In this document: piece after piece, positions 1 through 11,969 of the stretch
Layout: the number at the start of each line of letters is the position of its first letter
How positions within the stretch are numbered: the stretch's first letter is position 1
Assembly: GCF_004010195.1 (NCBI RefSeq)
Contig: NC_057718.1
Coordinates: 39,662,635-39,726,634, forward strand
Source of the DNA: Chiloscyllium plagiosum
Taxonomy: Eukaryota
Direction: 5' to 3'
Length of the DNA: 64,000 bases
Translations under genes and position numbers: made by a program
Notes under the pieces: generated by a model
What the model saw: the letters and a program-made list of their open reading frames with translations, nothing else
The model's database searches: none
Told to the model about the DNA's origin: nothing

Positions 1-63
1 TTTGTTTCCCACCTCACTGCAGCCGTGGAGAGAGACGTGCACTGGAAAAACTTGCCAAAGAAG
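1..63 (+). CDS. Creatine kinase-like gene, 3' part of the exon equivalent to CKB/CKM exon 4 (truncated by window start)
   Basis: From nt 3 reads CFPPHCSRGERRALEKLAKE, matching CK 'FCLPPHCSRGERRAIEKL'. Phase-1 GT donor at 64-65. Confidence 0.93.
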
Positions 64-466
64 GTGATTTATTTTGTTTGTTCATTATTGAAGAAATTAG
101 AAATAACAGAACATTTACCTAAATCTCCAACATTATCCATATTTGAATCCTGCCAATGATACCAGAGGTCACATGATATCAACTTTACAAATGACTTCTG
201 ATATGCCTGTGACAAAAGCAACCTTCTTTGTTTGTCTCAATGTATGCAGTCTTTGACAAGGTTGACCACAGCATTCTCCTTTGAGACCTCTCCCTGTTGT
301 CCAGTGCATGAGACCATTCCCCTTCCGCCTCCACCCTCATCTCCCTAACATCCCCTGACATTTCACTTGTCTCAGATTATCTGTTGTTTAAACCCTCATT
401 TGTGGCTTTTTAAAAGAAAATCTCTAGTGTGGACTATTCCAACGCATTCCTCTTGGTCTGCCACAT

Positions 467-605
467 TTAGATTACTTACAGTGTGGAAACAGGCCCTTCG
501 GCCCAACAAGTCCACACCGACCCGCCGAAGCGTAACCCACCCATACCCCTACATTTACCCCTTTACCTAACACTACGGGCAATTTAGCATGGCCAATTCA
601 CCTGA
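467..605 (-). mobile_element. HE1-type SINE, 3' fragment
   Basis: Reverse complement of the 3' half of the SINE at 60081-60403. Confidence 0.85.
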
Positions 606-795
606 CTTCTCATTCTCATTCAAGATCATCCAGCACTCTAATGCTTAACTCAATTAAGCTTCATTCACTTGTCCTACATTGACTCCTGGTAAAGCAGAAT
701 TTTAAAATTCTCTTGCTCATTTTTAAATCCTTCTCTGATTTTTGCTCTCCTTAATGCTATCATCTCCTACTATCCCCACAACCCTCCAAGGTATA

Positions 796-1258
796 GAGTC
801 ATTGCGTCTTACAGCACAGGAACAGACCCTTTGGTCTAACCAATCCATGCCAACCATAATCCCAAACTAAACTAGTGTCACCTGCCTGACCCTGGCCTAT
901 ATCCCTCCAAACATTTCTTGTTCATGTAACTGTACCCACATCCACCACTTCCTCTGGAAGTTCATTCCACACACAAACCACTGTCTGTGTAAAATAAATT
1001 GCCCATCATATCTTTGTAAAATCTTTCTCCTCTGACTTTAAAGATATGCTCTCTAATTTTGAAATCCCCCACAGGGAAAAAAAAACACCTGCCATTCACC
1101 TTATGACTTTATAAACCTAAACCGCCTATAGTCCAGTGAAAAAAAGTCCAAACCTATCCAGCCTCTCCTTATAACCCACACTTCCATTCTTGGCAACATC
1201 CTGGTAAATCTCTTCTGAACCCTCTCCAGCTTGATAATATCCTTCCTCTAACAGGGCT
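796..1258 (-). mobile_element. CR1/HER1-type LINE, 3' fragment
   Basis: Reverse-complement similarity to the 3' ends of the CR1 copies at 18293-19372 and 14080-15005. Confidence 0.8.
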
Positions 1259-1936
1259 GATATCTGTGCTCACATTTTGAGCATTACTGAGTTTAATCAT
1301 TCCACCATGGTTGACTGTGCTCTGGGCTCTGGAATTCCTTTTGTAAACATCTGATCTCTACTCATTGTCCTTTCCCTTTGACCAAGCCTTTGATCACCTG
1401 ACTGCATATATTCTTATGTCACGTCATTGTTTATGCCTTGATGCTCCTTTGCTGTGTTTTATTAAATTAAAGGTGCTATATAAATGCCATAAATCCCATT
1501 TCTCTGGCTCAATAATACGTTTGTTGCATATATATTGACATTAATGTCAACCCACCTTTTCAGCCATGGCATTACTCACATTACCAGTCAGTCTCAATTT
1601 TGCTCCCATCAAAGTTTTGTTTTATTTACTGATACCTTATGACTGGTCGCAAGGGATCAAGCAGGTAATATGAGCTCTGTTGTGAATATGAAACAACACA
1701 TCGACTTTTTGCATTGGATGCTTACAAAATTTCAAAACAACACACCCACTCTTACTTTTATATTTGGTGCATAAGTCAACAATGGTTTTTAGAGGGATTT
1801 TTTCAATGTTTTAAATGTTGATTCAGACACCAATGTCTACGGTATAATCTGGTGTTTCGTTTCAGCTTTAGCATTCGCTAAACTATTGAGTGAATTGAGT
1901 TTTATCACCATCTAGTGGTAATCTAGTGATACAACA

Positions 1937-2130
1937 TTAGGTAAAAACAATGACTGCAGATGCTGGAAACCAGATTCTGGATTAGTGGTGCTGGAAGAGC
2001 ACAGCAGTTCAGGCAGCATCCGAGGAGCAGTAAAAATTCCTGATGAAGGGCTTTTGCCCGAAACGTCGATCTTACTGCTCCTCGGATGCTGCCTGAACTG
2101 CTATGCTCTTCCAGCACCACTAATCCAGAA
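1937..2130. mobile_element. Short fold-back Penelope-derived element with hammerhead motif
   Basis: Inverted arms at about 1975-2032 and 2072-2130. TSD tagtgata(c/a)aaca at 1924-1936 and 2131-2143. Sequence matches the PLE terminal repeat at 53145-53265. Confidence 0.8.
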
Positions 2131-5100
2131 TAGTGATAAAACACTACAACTGTTGCTCTTGTCATCAGACAGAATAAGCAGCTATTGATGATCCATCAAC
2201 AGTCGCATCCGAAAATAACATTCTGCTTTATGCTATTTTTATCATCTTCCATTCAAAGAATATTTAGGATGCTAATGAAGCATTCACCCACACTTCTTTG
2301 TCTATTTGTCTGTCTATGATCCCATGTAACCATACAGTTTTAGATAAATGTAGACTACTGTACACATAATTTGATCATTGTTCATTTAAACTAAAAATTT
2401 CCAACATTTTTGCATTGCAATAGAGGAATACTTCTACAAAAAGAACAAAATGTGGAGCTTTTAAACAAGATGATACTCAGATAAAACCTCTTGCTTTAAG
2501 TTTATACCTCTCTAAACTCATCAGCTAATATTCCATAGAAATCTGTTTTTGGGCTGACATTGCGCTATGCTGAAATTTTCAATGTTTTATAATTTAATAA
2601 TTACCCCACCATTGAACCTAGCTCACATATCCCCACAATTTGTTCACTTCATTTGATATAATATAATTTAACTCATGAGTAATATTTGTTAAATTTGCAG
2701 TACATGAAATCCACTTAAATGCAAATACTTTGTTAGAATCCATACAACATCAGATTAATTTGAGATGATTCATTGCAACCATATTCTTGATTTGTCATGT
2801 ATGAAACTCCATCTTTACAAGTTCTATTTAAATGCATGAAAAGCCTCTTGGTAACATTCAGCCATAGTGATAATTTTCTTGTTTGTTACAAAGAGTCCTT
2901 TGGTCAAACAATGTCTGCCAATTGGAGATAAAATGTTCTATGATTCAATTTAAAACAAAAAGAAGAGAATTCTCTCTTTATCCCAGGAAGCATTCTTCCT
3001 CAACCAAAAAGACCAAACCTATGTGGAAGCTTCATGCAGACAATTTGACTGCCAAGTTGTATATATATCAACTGTGACTACAGAACTAACTGATTGGCTG
3101 TGGTTCATTTGATACGTGGTGATGTAAGGTGTTTTGTAATTATTAATTTACACTTTTCTTCCTCTGCTTATTCACTTTAGAGATTGAAATAGGTCATGGT
3201 CTTAAGATTGCTTGCCTCGATATTTTTGAATTGTAGCTTTCTTTTTACTCAACTTCCTCCTTGTTTCTCACACTAGCTGCCCATCCAACCTAATTACATT
3301 TCCTGATACCATTCAAGGAGCCCTATATGTTGTTTTGAACTTCAGGTCACACCCTAAGCCATATCTTTCTATTCCATTAATTGACCTTTCTCCACAATTA
3401 CTTGTCATCAACACTCACTTGTTACCAGGTCGTGAATGCTTCAATGTTTTGTGATTAATATGATTTCAATGGGTCTTCTTTGTTTCCTCAGAAAATGTCT
3501 CCAGAAACTGAGCCTCGATCGGCCACCTTACATCCTAAATCAGAGAAGGATTCAACCCTATTTGCCCTTTGTTTTATTTCAGGCCTTACCCCTCACCTTT
3601 GTCCATAAATAGGATCAATGTATGTGTTGAAACTATAATATAGAATCAGTTCATTTGCCTGACCCATTTAGGCTGGTGTTCGTTCCTTTCACAAGCAGTA
3701 ATCCTAATCCCTTATTGTCGACTTTGTCTCCATTTTTCCTTATCCTTCTTTTCTTCAATCTAGCAAATTACTAAGTGATCACTGCTTCAGTCAGTTATTC
3801 CACTTTCCACAGTTTCACAACCTTCTGTGTGGAAACATTTTGTGTGCTTTTTGTCCAATATCAGTCACATTTAAACATATATTTTTATTCTTCTCCATTA
3901 TAAATCCTACAATTACATAAAAATGTCTTCATAATTTTAAATATGTGATTTGCCCTGTTCTCTTAATAATATTGCCAATTTTAGAAGTCTTCTGTTGTAA
4001 TTGTACTTTCCTATATCTAGCAACATTCTGGTTACTCTGTGTTGCACCATTTCTATTATCCCAATATGCTTCCTATAGAAAGGAACCTAAAATGGGATAC
4101 TCTACTGTACCTGCGGTCTTACTACTGGTTTTATGCAGATTCACCACTACACCCTCAGATATGCCACTCTAAATGATGTTTCTAAAAAGATAATGTTGTT
4201 ACAGTCTGTTCCTACCTCACTCCATTACAAACTCACTTCACATATGCTTTCTGCTCAAACTGTCCAGAATATCTATCTGACAGTCCATCTTTTATGACAG
4301 AACACCAAATCAGACCAAGTAGATCTATGGGAAAACAGTGTATAGTAATGGATGGATGCCTGTATGAAAGGAGATAACTAAGCGTGAGGCCATTTCCATT
4401 GAAGAATGCAACAGTTGTTCAAGTGCATCAATAAACTTGCTATCTTTTAAATTCCTGATTGTGATATGGATATCTACTATTATTGCCATCAATTATGTAA
4501 ATGGCTGCTTTGAGTCAACTTTTATTGTTCTGCTGTGATGTTTTACAGTGCAGCCTTTCTTAATGTCATAACTTCTGATTTTGTCAAGAGATTGGCACCA
4601 CTAACAACTAACTAAGGTGCTGTCACTTAAGGATGTCTAATTTTAGCAGATTTCCCCCCAAAAATATTAATTACAAAATGCTATTTAAAATTGCATCTTT
4701 TATTATTCTTTTCCTGTTTTTATTTTTACTTTTAACACTTTGAAAAAAAAAATGTTGTGAGTGAACAGTTTTCATTTCCATACCACTGCTGATATTTTTG
4801 TCCACTGCTTTTGGTCTCTTTGTGATTTGCCCAAAGAGACCTCTGAAAATTTGTTTAAGAAAGGAACAACCTGGAAACTGGCCAGTTTCCCTGTCATGCA
4901 TAGAACGTACACTGACAGCTGAATAGTGGCAGCAAGCATTCCTACAACAAAGACTGGTATTTGCTGTGGCTGCTAAGTTAACATCAGCATTGTTGCACAC
5001 CATGGATTGAATGCAGTAGAGCTATAATAGACTCTTTGGTTTTCAACAACTAAGCAGTTAGTTTACACTTTTTGGTGACTTGGATTGAGGAGAATGACCT

Positions 5101-5479
5101 ATGGTGCATTTTGTATTGCATTGCTGATACGTTATATGGGCGTATCCTAAATTATGCTAATATATTTTAATCAAAATGATTACAATGTCGAGCTATGGAG
5201 TATAATATTTTCCCCAAAAGTAATTAGACATATTCAATTGCACAGATTGCAATTTAAAAAAAACTAAAGGAAGACTTGCATTTATATAGTGTCTTTCATA
5301 TTTGTCTTTTACAAGTATGGGCCAAACCAAGGCAGGTGTTACTGGTTTAGTTTGGGAACATGGTTGGCATGGATTAGTTGGACTGAAGAACTATACAGCA
5401 TCCAAACAGGCTCTATGATTCTGTAAATGCATTATAATCAACAAAGTGTTTTTGAAGTGTAATGTTGTAATATTAGAAC

Positions 5480-5720
5480 CACAAAAGCTATTTGCACACA
5501 GCACTCTCCCACAAACAGCAATGTAATAATGACCATATCATTTGTATTCTTCTAACTTTAAGGGATAAATATTGGCCAGAATACAGGGAATGCCCAGATG
5601 GACATGTAAATGGGACTTCAGTTTACTATCTCCTCTGAAAGATGCATTTCTACATGCACAGTATTCCGTCAGTACTGCACCTAATGGCAACCTTCATTTT
5701 TGTGCTGGTTTGGAAGTAAT
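5480..5720 (+). mobile_element. Ancient SINE fragment (DeuSINE/SacSINE-like)
   Basis: 'cccacaaacagcaatgtaataatgacc...gggataaatattggccag' resembles the Deu-domain core from memory; a weaker copy lies near 15775-15900. Confidence 0.45.
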
Positions 5721-5843
5721 TAAAAAAAAACTTTTTTGTAAAATGATGTTTTTATGAAGCTAAAAGCTCATCATCTATAGTCTATGCAGGTATTAACCAT
5801 AAGTGTTTTCATTTACTTTCTCTTGACAAATTATAAACTACAG

Positions 5844-6015
5844 CCCTCAGTGCATTAGATGGTGAATTTAAGGGAACGTATCATTCGCTGAAGAACTTAA
5901 GTGAGGAGAAACTTCAGAAACTGACTGCTGCTGGAATCCTTACTGATAACCTTATTTCTCCAATAATGCTTTCATCTGGTATGGCCAGAGATTGGCCAGA
6001 TTCTCGGGGAGTCTG
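5844..6015 (+). CDS. Creatine kinase-like gene, exon 5 equivalent (172 nt)
   Basis: cag acceptor 5841-5843, gtaag donor at 6016. Encodes ALSALDGEFKGTYHSLKNLSEEKLQKLTAAGILTDNLISPIMLSSGMARDWPDSRGVW (CK motif GMARDWPD.RG.W). Phases fit both neighbours. Confidence 0.95.
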
Positions 6016-7056
6016 GTAAGTTTTCATTTTAATCTAAAATGTTTATCAAGGGCAATGGAACTGCATATTGCAACCAAGAATGATAAATCCTGGGCTTGCT
6101 TTTTCCATGTTATTGACTTTCTGATCTTGGTTGTTCTGAGGCACTGGAATCTTATGCCAATCACAAGTGGACTTAGGCCACCTTGTTTCTCCTGCTGGAA
6201 ATCCAAAGTAGCATCAAGAGACTGCTGAGCATTTGGTGAGCAAAATAGTTGGTTACAAAATATCTATAGTCTGGAGATAGCTGTATCGCAAAAGAAAAAA
6301 GAATGGAATCAAATGGAGGTCCTGCCTCAGATTGGTTTCATCCATCCATGAGGGTGACTTTGGAGAAACTATGAGAAATTTGTTTGGCCATAGCAGGAGA
6401 GAATGGGGAACTTACATTTATTAAAAAAAACATTGACATAAGGCAGTTTGTACAAATTGGATCTTCCTGAGAATCTGAATAAATTTGCATGCATTTGTAA
6501 AAATGTTACATCTTCAAGAAATTTTTTTAAAATTATCTTCTTGTTTTTCAAATTCAACCTTATTGCTTTATGATACTTAACAAAGTAGGTGAAAATTTCT
6601 GACTTTCTCAAAACTTAGTTCTCTCAAAACAATAGTTGTGCATTAAATGAAAATTAAATGCTAAAAAGTTAAGATAGTCAGGTGCAGAGAAAGAGCTCAT
6701 GAACAGAATTTAATTGCCGCACCAGGGGTGGGTGGTGGGAAAGAGTTGGAAAACTGGTCAAATCCCCATTGTGGCCATTTTTAGGAAGTCCTAAGGGATT
6801 AAGTCCAAATCTGGCACATACCTGCTCATTGTCGGTCTTCCTGGTTTTCTGGGGGAAATTCCACCAATTCACAGACTTCCTGCTGCTGTGCAGAGAACTG
6901 TTGGCTGATTCAAGGTATTGCAACAGTATTGCAGAGCGACCTACATCAGAGATTGATGATGGAGCCCAAGAAAAAAGGTGGAGCAGTTCTATCAGGGCCT
7001 GCAAGAGGAATTGAATTTCAAAGAAATTTACGTGATCATAAATTTACCTTCTGCAG

Positions 7057-7180
7057 GCACAATGATATGATGAATTTTATTGTCTGGGTCAATAAAGAAG
7101 ACCATCTTCGCATTACTTCCATTCAAGATGGTGGAAATATGAACCAAGTGTTTACACGCTATTGTTTGGGTCTTAAAAAG
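7057..7180 (+). CDS. Creatine kinase-like gene, exon 6 equivalent (124 nt)
   Basis: ctgcag acceptor, gtatg donor. Encodes [41 protein letters not shown] (the CK NEEDHLR box, here NKEDHLR). Confidence 0.95.
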
Positions 7181-7839
7181 GTATGCAATTGCTTTCATTT
7201 TCTCATTACATTCATTTCAAAAAGACCAAATGAATGTAAAATTAAAGCGAAATACAGCAGATGCTGAAAAACTGAAATAAAATTGAATGTTCATAATTTG
7301 TCAACATTAGGATACAAGAAATTTCCTAAGATGTTTCCAACTTCATTTTTTCTATCTGGCAGAAATGTCTGCGAAGTCATAAGTTTATTCTGTGGAATGG
7401 TAAGGCAAATTTCATCAGTATACTCTTCTGCACTTTCCACGAATTGGCTAGATACTTTCTAGATGAAGCTTCAATATTCTCCATTTGGATCAGTGTGTGT
7501 GGCATCAAAAAGGCTAAAATTAAGAATGGTAATTCAGGGAAGATACAAATTAGTTACGTTGCTTTATTCCTTTCTTAGCATAGCGCTTAGCATATTGTTT
7601 GGTATTTCCCAGTAGAAAGCAAGGGAGACTCTTTGCCAGGCTGTAGTTTCTATTGAAAAGCAGCTAATGCGTGTGATGTTGGTAGAAGTTGGGAATCCAG
7701 TCTCACCAGAAAGGAAGGATTAGTGGTGAAAAGATTAGAAAACGACATTCCTTCAAAAATGACATGTATGAGAGTGCCTATATTTATGATGATGTACAGC
7801 TCGACTGCTATTACTTAGCTGGAATTAAGAGTTAGCCTG

Positions 7840-8834
7840 ATAGTGGGTTTGGAGAAGATTTGTAGCTCAGGTTGAAGTTCTGGATGTAGGTTTGCTCGCT
7901 GAGCTGGAAGGTTCATTTTCAGATGTTTTCGTCACCATCCTAGGTAATATCGTCAGTGAGCCTCTGGTAAAGCACTGCTGTCACGTCCTGCTTTTGATTT
8001 ATATGTTTGTTTCCTTGGGTTGGTGAAACAATCATCCCAACACCCACAAATGAAGCTGCATTAGAACATTATCTTAACGAGCCACCACAAACTGCAGCAC
8101 AGGGGAACGATGAGGAGCAGAGGAAAATCACCTATATAGCATATCGAAAAAGAATGGGTACCCAATGAACACAGTCTGTCGGTTTCTCAGCAACAAAACC
8201 AAACAAGCAGACAAACACGCCCAGAAACCCTAGACACTCTCCTCTACATCAAAGACATCTTGGAAATGACTGCCAGACTACTCAGACCTATTGGAATCAT
8301 GGTAGCCCACAAACCCACCAACACACTAAAACACCAGCTAATGAGCTTAAAAGACCCTATACAGACAAGCAAAATGAACATCATTTACAAAATACCTTGC
8401 AAGAACTGTAACAAACATTACATTGGACAAACAGACAGAAAACTAACCACCAGGATACATGAACATGAACTTGTCACAAAAAGACATCACTAGTATCCTT
8501 ACATACAGATGAGGAAGGACACCACTTTGACTGGGACAACCCGTCCATCCTAGGACAAGCCAAACAGAGACATGCACGAGAATTCCTAGATGCATGGCAT
8601 TCCAACCGGAGCTCTATCAACAAACACATTAATTTGGTTCACATCTACTACCCTCTGAGAAAAAGAACAGGAAATGACATCACCACAGGAAATGACATCA
8701 CTAACCTAAGGAAACCCAAGCACATAAACAGAAAGTAGGACATAACACCTGTGCTTCACTTGAGGCTCACTGATATGGTGACAAAACATCTGAAAACGAA
8801 CCTTCCACCTCAGTGAGCAAACTTACATCCAGAA
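7840..8834 (+). mobile_element. Penelope-like element (family A), 5'-truncated, with inverted terminal repeat
   Basis: GIY-YIG endonuclease remnant IIYKIPCKNCNKHYIGQT...RIHEH (ORF 8260-8493). About 7878-7977 is the inverted copy of 8750-8834. 8-bp TSD ttagcctg at 7832-7839 and 8835-8842. Confidence 0.88.
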
Positions 8835-8955
8835 TTAGCCTGGTATTTGAAGAGAAGACTGTTGTTGGAGAGTGTGTCTTTTTCTATTTGTTGATGACTA
8901 GCATTGAGCCATACACCTTTGGAAGTTGAAGAACTTACTCTTGTTCTTGATTTAG

Positions 8956-9145
8956 CTTGAAGAAATATACCAGCAGAAAAAACACCCCTTCATCTGGAAG
9001 GACAATTTAGGATATGTGTTAACCTGTCCTTCAGATCTTGGCACTGGTATGCGGGCAAGTGTCCTTGTTAGACTGAAGTACATCAGTAAACATCAGAAGT
9101 TCGGTGAGATCTTGCAGAGATTACGTCTAGAAAAGAAGCCTACTG
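8956..9145 (+). CDS. Creatine kinase-like gene, exon 7 equivalent (190 nt)
   Basis: tttag acceptor, gtact donor. Encodes LEEIYQQKKHPFIWKDNLGYVLTCPSDLGTGMRASVLVRLKYISKHQKFGEILQRLRLEKKPT; phosphagen-kinase signature CPSNLGT is present as CPSDLGT. Confidence 0.95.
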
Positions 9146-9737
9146 GTACTGTATTATAAGAAAACACTTCTCACTAATGTAAATAACCAATGAAATAGAA
9201 AAAAAGAAGTATGTGGTAACCAAAGTCTGAATAAACTGACAATAACAAACATATAATAACATCTAACACTTCTGCACCTCATGTGAAAAGCTCATGCTAC
9301 ATCATCATAACATACTAACTTCTGACTTGATTTTATTTCAAGAAAATGCACAGAAAGTTTTTACATTTCTGAGGCGGATATCTGATTTGAATATCTTTTT
9401 TGCTTGTTCAATATCCTAACATATATATTTGCATATTGGGCTTATCTATGCACATATTCAAAGCTGGGATATACATATTTTATTATCCAAGTAAATGGTT
9501 TTGTTTTTCCAGTATAGCAATTTTACTGAACTATATAATTTGGCAAATACTTTTATCTTTTAGAATCACCTGTTGGGAGACAGTTACATCAGTGTGATTA
9601 AGTCTTGCACCCATCCCCATAACTGTATTTCAATCTCTATCAGCATTCTTTCCTTGCAAAAACATTAACTAGTCCCTCAAAGTCACAAATAACATCCAGG
9701 AAATATATTTCCCATACCTCTCCAAGCTAAAATTTTC

Positions 9738-9925
9738 AGTCATAGAGATGTACAGCAAAGAAGCAGACCCTTCGGTCCAACTCGTCCATGCCGGCCAGAT
9801 ATCCCAACGTAATCTAGTCCCATTTGCTAGCACCTGGCCCATATCCCTCTAAACCCTTCCTATTCATATATCCATCCAGATGCCTTTTAAATAATGCAAT
9901 TGTACCAGCCTCCACCATTTCCTCA
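9738..9925 (-). mobile_element. CR1/HER1-type LINE 3' tail
   Basis: 'gtcatagagatgtacagc...agacccttcggtccaactcgtccatgc', the same tail as at 25939 and 62770. Confidence 0.8.
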
Positions 9926-11519
9926 TGCTCATGTTTGAATCAGTTCATGGCCAACTTCTATCTCTGTAACTTCTAAACCCAGAAATTTCATTTTGGTTCA
10001 ACTCTGGTGTTTTAAGACACCCCTATTGCCTTTGCCTCACCATTACTGCTTCTATCCTACCCTAAGTTCTGAACTGTGTTCACTAAACTGCCCTCCAACT
10101 TTAAATGTAACCACTCTTTAGTCGAGACTTTAGTCATCCCTTCATAATATTTTTTCCTCAATTTATAAAAACTTCTGTATTTCATTATAGTTGCATTTCA
10201 TCAGTTATACAAGGTGGCATCAGTTGCTTACAACTAGCCTACAGTCCACACTTCTAATATTTACCCCATCTTCAGCCATCAATGTCTTCCAGTGTCCACT
10301 GATGTGCCAGTCCTAAAGCAGGCCATTCCAACTGGGATATTAAACTATTAAAATTGCTTTCCAGACTCTGAGCCTAAATGTGATAGCTCCACTCCCACCA
10401 GACAGGTTGCTTTAAATTCTCCTAATCGGTTTCCATCCACATACCCACTTTGAATTCTGCTCTTGTACTTCAGGATTAAGCAACAACTCTGAGTGCTTTC
10501 ATGCTGCTCCCCAACAAATCTTAACTGTAATCCTGGGCATCAACTATGAACAGCACAGTACTTTTAAAGTGCTGAAATATTTACAATACATATTCCAGAA
10601 ATAGTATACTATAGGAATCTGAGCTCATTTCATTTTGGATTCATTATTGTTTATCTTTTGTTTCACAACAGTGCATTTTTTGGTCTGCTAAATTCTTAGA
10701 AACTCTTAAGTTCCTGTAATGAAACATAAGTTCATTGACCAATTCTTCTATTAGCTATTGATTTACAGCAAAAACTGATTAAATGATAACAGGGCTATAA
10801 TTTGCTGCAGTAAAACAACACATTTGATCACAACATTTATAGGCCATACATTGCTGGAAGTGCTAGCCAATAATGGCACTGAGGTAAATGAGGCAACTGG
10901 GACCAGAGTGAAAAGAGCAAGCAATTAGATTAAACTAATTAGATTGAAGAATTGTGAAATGAACACGATGAGGACTGCGAAGAAAGTTTGAATTAGAATG
11001 GGCAAACAACACCAAATCAGTACAGCAAGACCGCATTGAGAGAGAATGAAAGTACATAACGGCAAAGTAAAAAAAATTAAATACCCCAAAAAACAACACT
11101 GTACTTGTTGTAGTTATGACGGTGTCAGAGAGGTTCATTACCAGTAATTAACAATACATACTCTTTTAAAAACATTTTATAGACAGACAGAATTTTGATT
11201 GGCGTACTTTGTATCTACTGCATAAGTAAGGCAACTTAATCTAGATAAGTGTTGAGACAGTGAGATGTCATTTTCATTAACTTAATGGTGGAATGGAACA
11301 GGAACTTCTTAATTTTTGCATTAAAATGTACATCTGCTTCTCACCTGAAGTTGCTGTAAAATTTGGCATAATTTGAGTTCTATTAGCCTCATGATTTCTA
11401 ATTATTACACCAATATTTGCAGAATCCTTTTCAACATCCTGTTCACTTTTATAGACTATTACAATCACTGAAACTATAGTTATATTTATTAACTGATCCT
11501 GAATCACTGTATCCTGTAG

Positions 11520-11710
11520 GTGCTGTGAATGCTTCTGCTGAAGTCTGGGACATTTCCAATGCAGATCGAATTGGTTTCTCAGAAGTGGAATTGATGCAGT
11601 TGCTAGTTGATGGCATTAAGCTGCTGATCAACATGGATAAACATATTGAACAAGGGAGACCTATTGAAGATCTTTTTCCCACTCAGAAGCAGATGGACAT
11701 ACATGAATAA
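11520..11710 (+). CDS. Creatine kinase-like gene, last coding exon
   Basis: cctgtag acceptor. Encodes [63 protein letters not shown], similar to CKB/CKM 'FDVSNADRLGFSEVELVQ..VDGVKL..PAQK'. Confidence 0.95.
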
Positions 11711-11799
11711 TTATTTACAGCATAGAGATGGAAATTAATATTTCAGAGGAAGGATTCCTGCAAAAAATAACCTATTGATACAAATAAATATGCTTCTGA

Positions 11800-11969
11800 A
11801 ATAAAACTAATTTACAAATGAGAACTGTTACATATTAATTATACATTTTTAAGATTTCAATACTTTTGAATGTAATTTTCTATACAAAGATCAATATCCA
11901 GGAATAAGAAATGTGATTCTTACACTACTGTCAGCAAATCGCAGTGAGCTAGAGGCTCACAGGAATAAA
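11800..11969 (+). terminator. Candidate polyadenylation signals of the CK-like gene
   Basis: AATAAA at 11800-11805 and 11964-11969, downstream of the stop at 11710. Confidence 0.5.

Noticed and set aside
1..11710. Assigning the symbol CKB or CKM, or calling the gene a pseudogene
   Set aside because: It is too divergent from these slowly evolving genes to name, yet frame and splice sites are intact in all visible exons.
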